NCBI GenBank assembly: GCA_963662665.2
Contig: CAXXJS010000009.1
Location: 1-10,323 of the forward strand
Direction of reading: 5' to 3'
Source of the DNA: Candidatus Latescibacterota bacterium
GTDB taxonomy: Bacteria; Latescibacterota; UBA2968; GCA-2709665
Length of the DNA stretch: 10,323 nucleotides
A model generated the notes under the pieces. The model was not told the DNA's origin and did no database searches. It saw nothing but the letters and a program-made list of their open reading frames with translations. This document shows positions 1 through 7,497 of the stretch, one piece after another. How positions within the stretch are numbered: position 1 is the first letter of the stretch; the number at the start of each line of letters is the position of its first letter. A program made the translations under genes and the position numbers.

Positions 1-1
1 C

Positions 2-541
2 ACTCAGGAACTCACGCTGGACATCATGGATCGGCTGTTGCCGTTCGAACGCATTATAGGTACCAAAGACTCCAGCAGGGACCTGCCGCGCCTGATCAAC
101 ACCATGCACCGGCTGCGCGCCAGGCGCCCCGACTACGTGGTCCTTGTCGGCTGCGAAGAAATCCTCTGCCCGTCAATTATAATGGGCGCGAGCGGCGGCA
201 CGATCGCGACGTCCGGAATCATTCCCGAAGTCATCGTGGACATCTACGAAAAAACCCTCTCCGGCGATATCGAAAACGCGCGCAGCATGCAATACCGCAT
301 ACTGGACCTGATCAACCTGATGCTTCTGGGAGTGAACTTTCCTGAAGGGTTTAAAACGGGCGTGGCCGTGCGCGGCTTCGACGTCGGTCCGCCTCGTCAG
401 GCCATGAGCGCCGAGGAGAAGGACTATCTGCTAAAGCTGGAAGCGCAGATCAGCTGCATACTCAGAGACATGGGATATGAAGTCAAGGGCGCCAGAGCCT
501 GTCCGGTCACCAACCTGCCGTCTATTGTCGGAAACGCTTGA
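2..541 (+). CDS. Dihydrodipicolinate synthase (DHDPS/NAL) family class I aldolase/dehydratase, C-terminal part (start lies upstream of the window)
   Basis: The frame is open from position 2 (TQELTLDIMDRLL...). It contains IIGTKDSSRD (Schiff-base Lys motif G-x-K-x-S-S), VLVGCEE...MGASGGTIATSGIIPE and a C-terminal FK...RGFDVGPPR, all typical of DHDPS-like TIM barrels. TGA at 539-541. Confidence 0.85.
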   Translation, partial: TQELTLDIMDRLLPFERIIGTKDSSRDLPRLINTMHRLRARRPDYVVLVGCEEILCPSIIMGASGGTIATSGIIPEVIVDIYEKTLSGDIENARSMQYRILDLINLMLLGVNFPEGFKTGVAVRGFDVGPPRQAMSAEEKDYLLKLEAQISCILRDMGYEVKGARACPVTNLPSIVGNA

Positions 542-617
542 CACGATACGCACGCCCTCGTGCAGTACCCTGATCCGGCCTCGATTTACCGATCAGGTTC
601 ACGTCCGGAGAATTCAG

Positions 618-1562
618 ATGGCGAAAGATGCGCCGCGGCAAAACCTCGTGGATCCCTTCAGCCTGAAGGCCGAAGACGGTTACGTGTGGCTGAAGGGCAA
701 CCTCCACTCCCACACAACGAATTCCGACGGCAAAGCGTCGCCCCAGGAACGCCTGGATGGTTACGTCAACCAGGGATACGACTATCTCTGCCTTTCGGAC
801 CATCGCAGAATCACCCGGATCGATTCCGTGGCCTGTCCGGCAGACTTTGTGCTCATTCAGGGCGCCGAACTGCATCCGGACAACCCGTTCGGAGGTCAGA
901 AGCACCATTTTCTCTGTCTGAACATCCACGAAGACTTGGATTCGGAGAACATGCCCCCTCAGCACGTCATCGACGCCGTTCGCGACCAGGGCGGCAGCAC
1001 GTGGCTGGCCCACCCGTACTGGAGTTCAATCAACATACTCCGCGACACCCTGCCTTTTTCGGGACTGGCCGGCATTGAGGTGTTTAACACAACGTGTCGA
1101 TGCGCGGGACGCGGGGAATCCGGCGTTCACTGGGACGATTGGATGGACCTGGATAACAGGCTGTATCCCGCCCTGGCCAACGACGACTCGCACGCCCTCG
1201 AATCCGACAAACGCGATACCTACGGAGGCTGGACGATGGCGCGCGTGAAAGACCGTTCTCCCCGGGCCATCGTCGACGCGCTCGCAAATGGCGCGAGCTA
1301 TTCGAGTACGGGAGCGGAAATTCACAACATCAGCCTGCACAAGACCATAGGCGAGCCGGCAGCGGTGGAGGCGACGGTGGAATGTTCCGAATCCCGGTGT
1401 ATCGTTGCCATCTGCGATACCTTCGGTACCGAATACAGAGAATCCGGAAATCCATTTACAGAAGCCACCTTCAGGCTGCGTCCGGGCGCGCGCTGGGTCC
1501 GTTTCGAAGTCATCGGAACCGACGGCGCCAAGGCCTGGTCCAATCCATACGACCTCGCTTGA
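618..1562 (+). CDS. PHP-fold (CehA/McbA-like) metal-dependent hydrolase
   Basis: Motifs KGNLHSHTTNSDG, LSDH, GAELH, HHFL, AHP, IEVFN, NDDSH are the PHP-domain metal ligand pattern. Start moved from 477 to ATG 618, which has GGAG at 607-610 and avoids overlapping the upstream gene. Confidence 0.85.
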   Translation: MAKDAPRQNLVDPFSLKAEDGYVWLKGNLHSHTTNSDGKASPQERLDGYVNQGYDYLCLSDHRRITRIDSVACPADFVLIQGAELHPDNPFGGQKHHFLCLNIHEDLDSENMPPQHVIDAVRDQGGSTWLAHPYWSSINILRDTLPFSGLAGIEVFNTTCRCAGRGESGVHWDDWMDLDNRLYPALANDDSHALESDKRDTYGGWTMARVKDRSPRAIVDALANGASYSSTGAEIHNISLHKTIGEPAAVEATVECSESRCIVAICDTFGTEYRESGNPFTEATFRLRPGARWVRFEVIGTDGAKAWSNPYDLA

Positions 1563-1575
1563 AGCGGAAGCCGCC

Positions 1576-2313
1576 ATGGGAATCGCACTGACGCCCAGGC
1601 AGACGGCAGCGTATCGCGCAAACGGATTCATCCAGGTTCCAAACCTGCTGACCGGGCGTGAGATCGACACCTTTCTGGATGCGGAGGCAGGAACGAAGCC
1701 TCCGGAAATCCTGGAACTCGGCCTGCGCAGGCACACCGCCGACCCACAGTGGCGCTATCTGTCATCGCATCCTGGCGTTGCCGGCATCGCGGCGCAACTG
1801 CTGGGCGGTGGGCCGATGATCGTCCAAACCATGTACATGGCGAAGGCGCCGGGAGGCGGTACGGGAATCGCACTGCACCAGGACGCCCACTACATCCGAA
1901 ACGAACCCGACACGCTGATGGCCTGCTGGCTCGCACTGAGCGATACCGACAGAAGCAACGGCGGTCTCTGCGTTGCCGCCGGCAGCCACCTGGCGCCGCT
2001 GCGGAAGACCCGCCCCCCCCAAGACGGCCGCGAACACGCCTCGTGGGTGAAAGATTATGCCATGCGCGGGCCCGACGGGAGGGAATGGACCGAAACCATG
2101 CACTCGCACGAGGTTGCCGGCGTAAATCTCGATGAACTCACCTTTCTTACGGTACCGCGCGGGTCGGGAGTCTTCTTTAACGGCAGAACCATACACGGCT
2201 CGTACGCCAACCGGTCGCGCGGCAGGCCCCGACTGGCGTTCGCGGTTCACTTCGTAAGAGAAGGCACATGGGTCTTTCGCCGGGACATTCAGGATCTCAC
2301 ACCGGCTGCCTGA
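1576..2313 (+). CDS. Phytanoyl-CoA dioxygenase (PhyH) family Fe(II)/2-oxoglutarate dioxygenase
   Basis: N-terminal LT..Q.AAY..NGF, HxD motif LHQDAHY, WLALSD...NGGL.V..GSH, distal His in IHGSYANRS and the 2OG-binding Arg in RLAF. Start ATG 1576 follows GGAAG and lies 13 nt after the previous stop. Confidence 0.9.
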   Translation: MGIALTPRQTAAYRANGFIQVPNLLTGREIDTFLDAEAGTKPPEILELGLRRHTADPQWRYLSSHPGVAGIAAQLLGGGPMIVQTMYMAKAPGGGTGIALHQDAHYIRNEPDTLMACWLALSDTDRSNGGLCVAAGSHLAPLRKTRPPQDGREHASWVKDYAMRGPDGREWTETMHSHEVAGVNLDELTFLTVPRGSGVFFNGRTIHGSYANRSRGRPRLAFAVHFVREGTWVFRRDIQDLTPAA

Positions 2314-2426
2314 GCGGTATTTCCAGTCGTGTATGACCTGAGAGGCCGGGCCGCGCGGCTCGCACACTCGTTATTTGAAGCATCATCGCCGGCAGCCTTC
2401 GAATCTTCAATTTCGGGAACCCCATC

Positions 2427-3395
2427 ATGAAACGCATTGCAAAGCCGGAAGGCGAATACAATATCGTAGTCGAAGACGTACCCATACCGGAAATTGCGCC
2501 CACCCAGGTGCTGATCCGCGCGGAATGCAGCCTGATCAGCCGCGGTTCCGAGATCTGGCGGCGTTACATCCGTCCCGAGGCCATCGATCATCAAAGCATG
2601 GGGTACTCGTTCGTCGGAGACGTGGTTGAGGTTGGAGCGCGCGTGGATGGCTTTTCCATGGGAGACCGTGTGGCCGCAATTGCGCCTCACGCCGAATACG
2701 TCGCCGTTGAAATCGTGGCGTCACGCCACCAGGATCCGGTTGTCCATCTTCCGGACGCCGTCTCCTCCGAAGCCGCGACGTTCTGGCCGCTGAGTACCAG
2801 TTCCGTTCTCTGGATGTGGGAAATCGACGCGAGAAAGGAACAGACCGTCGCCATACTCGGACAGGGTCTCGTAGGCTCGATGTGCATGCAGGCGCTCAAC
2901 GCGGACGTGAACCCCCGGGTTATCGCGGTCGACGCGTTGCCCCTCCGATGCGAACTGGCCGAACGTCTCGGGGCGGACCACGTGGTGGACGCTTCCGGTG
3001 AAGATCCCGTGCGGGCGATCCGACGGCTAACGGACGGCGCCGGCGTCGACGTCGTAGTTGAGGCGGTGGGCGGACGCGCCGGTGCGGCCGCGTTCGCGCA
3101 GGCGCAGGATATGGTGAAACGGAGAGGCCTGATCCAGGTTATCGGATTGTATGAGGATGAGCCGCTACCGCTCGACTCGGGAAAGATCCAGGGCCGGCGC
3201 ATTGTCGGCGGTTATTCGAACGGCGGCAAACGCTCTCTGGGCTCCGACCGCGCGTTACAGCTCCTTGCGCAGAAGAAGATTCGCGCCGGAGAGATGATCA
3301 CCCACCGCTTCCCCTTCCAGGATGCTGCCGAAGCCTTTGACTTGCTGTACAGTCGACTCGGGGAGACGATGGGCGTGGTGCTGGTGTGGAGATAA
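2427..3395 (+). CDS. Medium-chain dehydrogenase/reductase (alcohol dehydrogenase GroES fold), probably NAD-dependent, lacking canonical Zn ligands
   Basis: GroES-like N-terminus (VPIPEIAPTQVLIR...GDVVEVGARVDGFSMGDRV), Rossmann GQGLVG followed by acidic VIAVD, GADHVVD, GVDVVVEAVG, and C-terminal MITHRFPFQDAAEAF. Confidence 0.88.
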   Translation: MKRIAKPEGEYNIVVEDVPIPEIAPTQVLIRAECSLISRGSEIWRRYIRPEAIDHQSMGYSFVGDVVEVGARVDGFSMGDRVAAIAPHAEYVAVEIVASRHQDPVVHLPDAVSSEAATFWPLSTSSVLWMWEIDARKEQTVAILGQGLVGSMCMQALNADVNPRVIAVDALPLRCELAERLGADHVVDASGEDPVRAIRRLTDGAGVDVVVEAVGGRAGAAAFAQAQDMVKRRGLIQVIGLYEDEPLPLDSGKIQGRRIVGGYSNGGKRSLGSDRALQLLAQKKIRAGEMITHRFPFQDAAEAFDLLYSRLGETMGVVLVWR

Positions 3396-3476
3396 GAAAA
3401 ACGTGCGTCGGCGTTCGGGATTATTTACTTGTCGCTCCTGAAACCCGGCGCACGTATGACGTTAACCGGAGGATTT

Positions 3477-4373
3477 GTGAAAAACGGTTTCTACAAGGGC
3501 CACGGTCTCGGCAACGACTATATCGTCATGGATCCGGCCGAACTGGAATTTGAACTCACACCGGACAATATCCGCTACATCTGCGATCGCAACCGGGGCA
3601 TCGGCGGCGATGGCATCCTCACGCTGGAACCCGGAAATGGCGCCGACTACGGCCTGCGCATTCTGAATCCCGACGGCAGCGAAGCCGAAAAGTCGGGCAA
3701 CGGCCTGCGCATTTTCGCCCGCTTCCTCCACGCCACCCGTCGGACGCGAAAGCGTAACTTCACGGTGGACACGATTGGCGGCCGCGTGGAAATCCAGGTA
3801 CATCCGGACCACCACGGCGATGCCAGTCTCGCGACCGTTGAGATGGGGCAGGCCGCGTTCAATCCCGGTGCGCTGCCCTGCACGTTGCCTGGAGGCGAGT
3901 TAATCGGTCGGCCGATATCCGCCGGCGGACGGGAGCTGAAATTCACGGGCGTCAGCGTGGGAAATCCCCACTGCGTCCTCTTCAAACCCGAACACGAGGC
4001 GTGGACCCGCGACGACCTGCTCGAACTGGGTCCGGCCCTGGAGAATCACAAGCTGTTTCCCAATCGCATCAACGTGCAACTGGCCGTGCCCACGGGTCCG
4101 AAGGAAATCTTCATTCTCATCTGGGAGCGGGGCGCCGGGGAAACGCAGGCATCCGGATCGTCGTCCTGCGCGGCGGCATGCGCTGCCGTTCGTCTGGGAC
4201 TGGTGACGTCTCCGGTAACCGTCAACGCTCCGGGCGGCGCCCTGTACGTCGCCATCGACGCGGGGTATCACCTTACCATGAAGGGGCCGGTCTCGGAGGT
4301 GGGGCAGGGCGTCCTGAGTCCGGCGTTTGTCAGGGAACTACAGGACGAAAACAAGGTTTCCGCCGGCAGGTAA
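3477..4373 (+). CDS. dapF: Diaminopimelate epimerase (DapF) family protein with Ser/Ser active-site pair
   Basis: FYKGHGLGNDY, CDRNRGIGGDG, NPDGSEAEKSGNGLR, VSVGNPHCV, LENHKLFPNRINV, WERGAGETQASGSSSCA and MKGP match DapF throughout. Start chosen at GTG 3477 behind GGAGG (3468-3472). Both catalytic Cys positions are Ser, so the substrate is less certain than the fold. Confidence 0.85.
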   Translation: MKNGFYKGHGLGNDYIVMDPAELEFELTPDNIRYICDRNRGIGGDGILTLEPGNGADYGLRILNPDGSEAEKSGNGLRIFARFLHATRRTRKRNFTVDTIGGRVEIQVHPDHHGDASLATVEMGQAAFNPGALPCTLPGGELIGRPISAGGRELKFTGVSVGNPHCVLFKPEHEAWTRDDLLELGPALENHKLFPNRINVQLAVPTGPKEIFILIWERGAGETQASGSSSCAAACAAVRLGLVTSPVTVNAPGGALYVAIDAGYHLTMKGPVSEVGQGVLSPAFVRELQDENKVSAGR

Positions 4374-4384
4374 TCGGACGTCTA

Positions 4385-5497
4385 TTACGCCACCCGATAC
4401 TTCGCCACAGTTTCCTCGTTAATCGTCACCCCCAGACCTGGACCCTCCGGCACCGCAACGTATCCATCGACAATTTCGAAGCGCTGGTGCGTCAGTTCGT
4501 GGCGCAGCGGGGATTCCGACATGCAATACTCGAACATCTCCCCGCCCGGTACGGCGGCGAGCGCGTGAAGCGACGCCGCGATTGTAATCCCGCTCTTGAA
4601 GCTGTGGTTCACCACGCCTGCCCGGCGGCGGTGCGCCATCCTTCCCACCGCCACCATGGTCGAAATACCGCACCGTCCCGGGTCAGGCTGCACCCAGTCC
4701 AGCCCGCCGTCGGCCACAAGACGCTCGAACGCGTCGAGCCGCGCTTCCGCTTCACCCGCCGCGATGGGCAGGGGGCTTTCCGCCGACAGCCTCGCGTAAC
4801 CGCGCAGGTCTGACGGATGAAGTGGTTCCTCGAGCCAGAACGGGCGGAACTCCGCGAACCGGCGCGCACGCTCCAGGGCCGTCTTCCAGTCCCAGACCTG
4901 CCCCGCGTCGATCAGCACGTCCACCCCGTCTCCCACGCCCCGGCGTGCCTCCCGTACCAGGGCGATATCGGTCTCCTCGTCCTGTCCCATCGGCCCCCAG
5001 CCGAATTTGACCGCCGTAAAACCCTCTCCCGCAAATCTCCGCCCGAGTTCTCCGGTCTGCGCGGGCGAATCGCCGAACAGAATTGAACAGTACGCCCGGA
5101 AACGCTTTCTGAAGGGCCCGCCCAGAAGCCGGTAGACCGGCCGGTCACATGCTTTGCCGGCGATATCCCAGAGCGCAAGATTGACGCCCGCCATGGCGTG
5201 CAGCGCCACACCCCCTCCTCCGTAGTAGTTCGCCGCATCCATCATACGATGCATACACACTTCCACCGCCAGCGGGTCCTCAAGGTAGAGCGCGTTTGCC
5301 AGACCGTTACAGATCCGGTGCGAAAGCGGCGCGTCCACAATGGCCTTGACGGCCGATGGACAGGAATCCACCTCTCCCCACCCCGTGAGGCCGGCGTCGG
5401 TCTCCACCCTGACCAAACAGGTATCCTGCGTTCCGTCACAGGCGTCGGTGACGCGGGGCAGCCGCAACACCATTGCGGTCACACGGGTGATTTTCAT
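4385..5497 (-). CDS. Mandelate racemase/muconate lactonizing enzyme family protein (enolase superfamily, probable acid-sugar dehydratase)
   Basis: N-terminal MKITRV...VRVETDAGLTGWGE, AGVNLALWDIAGK...PVYRLLGG, metal ligands LIDAG / WLEEP / AAGE, and the His-Asp dyad QPD...NHS. GGAGG RBS upstream on the - strand (5504-5508). Confidence 0.92.
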   Translation of the reverse strand: MKITRVTAMVLRLPRVTDACDGTQDTCLVRVETDAGLTGWGEVDSCPSAVKAIVDAPLSHRICNGLANALYLEDPLAVEVCMHRMMDAANYYGGGGVALHAMAGVNLALWDIAGKACDRPVYRLLGGPFRKRFRAYCSILFGDSPAQTGELGRRFAGEGFTAVKFGWGPMGQDEETDIALVREARRGVGDGVDVLIDAGQVWDWKTALERARRFAEFRPFWLEEPLHPSDLRGYARLSAESPLPIAAGEAEARLDAFERLVADGGLDWVQPDPGRCGISTMVAVGRMAHRRRAGVVNHSFKSGITIAASLHALAAVPGGEMFEYCMSESPLRHELTHQRFEIVDGYVAVPEGPGLGVTINEETVAKYRVA

Positions 5498-5583
5498 TTC
5501 AAGCCTCCGATAATAGAAGACAGCAGGCGGCGCTACATCGAAACCGGGCTCAATTGCACGTGAACAGTGGTTCCCGGTTCCGC

Positions 5584-5612
5584 ATGATACCCACCCGCGT
5601 CCGTACTGTCAA
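5584..5612 (-). promoter_or_regulatory. sigma70-type promoter for the enolase-superfamily gene
   Basis: On the - strand: TTGACA (5612-5607, perfect -35), a 17-nt spacer, then TATCAT (5589-5584, 5/6 match to -10). It lies about 85 nt upstream of the ATG at 5497. Confidence 0.7.
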
Positions 5613-5747
5613 TCCCCAGACGCGGGATCGGCCGCCGGCATTAGTGTCCCGTCCCGCTGCGTTACCCTCCCTCGCCGACCTTGCCCGGGTCGCCTTGCTC
5701 CGGTGCCTTGCCGGCCGGGCGAGTCGACGGCCAAATCCAGGCAATCC

Positions 5748-5760
5748 ATGTCCGGGACAT
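5748..5760. promoter_or_regulatory. Palindromic operator-like site ATGTCC-G-GGACAT
   Basis: Perfect 6-bp inverted repeat with a 1-nt centre, ending 15 nt upstream of the putative + strand -35 box in the divergent intergenic region. Confidence 0.4.
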
Positions 5761-5775
5761 AACACCAGAAACGGG

Positions 5776-5804
5776 TTGCACCGGCGCGTCGTTCACCGTA
5801 GATT
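5776..5804 (+). promoter_or_regulatory. Putative sigma70-type promoter for the phyH/SDR/dehydratase unit
   Basis: TTGCAC (5776-5781), a 17-nt spacer, then TAGATT (5799-5804, keeping the key T-A---T bases). It lies 50 nt upstream of ATG 5855. Confidence 0.45.
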
Positions 5805-5854
5805 ATTCGCGACCTGCACGGTTCCAAATGCTGTCTTGAACCAGGGATCCCGCC

Positions 5855-6616
5855 ATGCCTGCCGTCGAAAACCTGAGTGAAACCTACGAAGCCAATGGCG
5901 TGCTGCCTCGAATCGACGTATTCTCCGAAACAGAGATCAGCGCATTCAGGGCACAGTTCGACGAACTCGAAGCCAGAGAAGGCAGAGGCGTATGCCAGGT
6001 GGGCCTTCAGTCCCGGCACTTCGAAGAGGAATTCATCTGGCGGTTATCCACAGACGCGCGTCTTCTGAACGTCATGGAACGGGCCATGGGTAAAGATATC
6101 CTTCTGCTGGCCACGCATTTTTTCTGCAAATACCCCGCCAGGGCCGAAAAACACTTTGTCGCGTGGCACCAGGACGTGACCTACTGGGGCCTTAAGCCGC
6201 CGCTGGCGCATACGGCCTGGATTGCCATAGACGACAGCGACGTGGAGAACGGCTGCATGCGGGTTATCCCGGGATCCCACAAGAGCGGGATCGTCACCCA
6301 CGGCACGTCGGAACGGGCGGGGAATTTATTGAGCATCAACCAGGAAATCCCGGACGAACTCGTCGACACCAGCCGTGCGATAGACCTTGTACTCAGCGCA
6401 GGCCAGATGTCGGTCCACAACGGCCGGCTTTTCCACGCAAGCATGCCCAACACCTCGAACCGGCGGCGTTGCGGCCTTACCGTCCGCTTTATCCCGCCGG
6501 AAGCCAGACAGGTCGAAGACAACTCGATCGGCCAGGACTGGCGGCCCGTTCTGCTTCGGGGCCTGAACCGGTACGGGCACCACCCCGAAATCTCCATGCC
6601 CTTTCCACTGCCATAG
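5855..6616 (+). CDS. Phytanoyl-CoA dioxygenase (PhyH) family Fe(II)/2-oxoglutarate dioxygenase
   Basis: YEANGV, FFCKYP, HxD motif WHQDVTYWGL, WIAIDDSDVENGCMRVIPGSH, and LFHASMPNTSNRRRCGLTVRFI. Confidence 0.92.
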   Translation: MPAVENLSETYEANGVLPRIDVFSETEISAFRAQFDELEAREGRGVCQVGLQSRHFEEEFIWRLSTDARLLNVMERAMGKDILLLATHFFCKYPARAEKHFVAWHQDVTYWGLKPPLAHTAWIAIDDSDVENGCMRVIPGSHKSGIVTHGTSERAGNLLSINQEIPDELVDTSRAIDLVLSAGQMSVHNGRLFHASMPNTSNRRRCGLTVRFIPPEARQVEDNSIGQDWRPVLLRGLNRYGHHPEISMPFPLP

Positions 6617-6627
6617 AGAGAATTGCG

Positions 6628-7497
6628 ATGGCGAAACGCAGGGTAGTCATCACCGGCGCGGCCGGATATATTGCGGGCAGGAGTCTGCCGGCCCTCAGAG
6701 AGCGCTATGACCTCGGCCTGCTGGACGTCCGCAAAACCGACAGGTCCGGCAACAAAGTGGAGGGCATCATTCAGGCCGACCTCCTGAACCGGGACAGGGA
6801 TGGGTACAGGAAGCACTTCAGGGGCGCAGACGCGGTTATACATTGCGGCTTTACCCGCGCAAAGGAACCGGAGGATCAGTACTGGGCCGAATCGGACAAC
6901 GTCGCCATGGCGTACAACGTTTACCAGACCTGTCTCGAAGAGAACGTCCGTCGGGTCGTGGTCATCAGCTCCAATCATGCGGCCGACTACTACGAGACCC
7001 TCATCTGGTCCGGGCGCATGGATTTCGTTACGCCGGATATGCTCCCGCTTTCCGACAACTTTTACGGGTGGGCCAAGGCCGCGTACGAACTGCTGGGCTT
7101 CGCCTTTGCTGCGGGAAAGATCGGAAACGGACGGAAACTACAGAATGTTCAGCTTCGCATCGGCGGGCCCCGCGAGAACGTGGCGGACAGACTCAGTCCG
7201 GAAAACCCAAAGGGCATGCACCGCAGCCTCGGGGCCTACCTGAGCGCGCGTGACCAGACCCAGCTTTTAGTCAAGAGCATTGAGACGGAGAACATCGAAG
7301 ACGAGAACGGCATCCCCTTTCAGATTTTCTACGGCATCAGTGGAAACAGCCACAATTTCTGGAGTATCGCCAACGCCCGCAGGCTCATCGGCTACGATCC
7401 GGAAGATAACAGCCTGATCCGGTTTGCCGACAGGATCGCACCCGTTCTTGCAGCCGCGAAGCGGGACAAAGAAAGGGGCGTAAACTCCGATTCGTGA
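6628..7497 (+). CDS. Extended SDR / NAD-dependent epimerase-dehydratase family protein, uronate-dehydrogenase-like
   Basis: VVITGAAGYIA Rossmann motif, ISSNHA, catalytic YGWAK (YxxxK), LRIG, YLSARD and FYGISGN...W, the motif series seen in uronate dehydrogenase-like SDRs. Start moved to ATG 6628, 11 nt after the previous stop and behind AGAGAG. Confidence 0.82.
   Translation: MAKRRVVITGAAGYIAGRSLPALRERYDLGLLDVRKTDRSGNKVEGIIQADLLNRDRDGYRKHFRGADAVIHCGFTRAKEPEDQYWAESDNVAMAYNVYQTCLEENVRRVVVISSNHAADYYETLIWSGRMDFVTPDMLPLSDNFYGWAKAAYELLGFAFAAGKIGNGRKLQNVQLRIGGPRENVADRLSPENPKGMHRSLGAYLSARDQTQLLVKSIETENIEDENGIPFQIFYGISGNSHNFWSIANARRLIGYDPEDNSLIRFADRIAPVLAAAKRDKERGVNSDS

Noticed and set aside
2347-2362. 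Near-palindrome CGGGCCGCGCGGCTCG in the phyH-MDR spacer
   Set aside because: It is almost entirely G/C, has no U tract or second copy in the window, and is plausible by chance at this GC content.
2-4373. Canonical lysine-biosynthesis operon (dapA plus dapF)
   Set aside because: The DHDPS-family gene is partial and lacks the typical DapA C-terminal NPIPVK-like segment (it has NFPEGFK). It is separated from dapF by three unrelated enzymes, and no dapB, dapD or lysA is present.
4374-4384. Bidirectional terminator between the convergent dapF and enolase genes
   Set aside because: The gap is only 11 nt with no hairpin or U tract.
5550-6019. Small ORFs across the divergent intergenic region (5554-5880 +, 5550-5765 -, 5609-6019 -)
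   Set aside because: They have Arg/Pro/Ala-rich or motif-less translations, no clear RBS, and they overlap the promoter elements or the phyH gene.
1576-6616. Recent duplication of the two phyH genes or of the two enolase-family genes
   Set aside because: Each pair shares only family-level motifs and no extended nucleotide identity was visible, so they are old paralogues.
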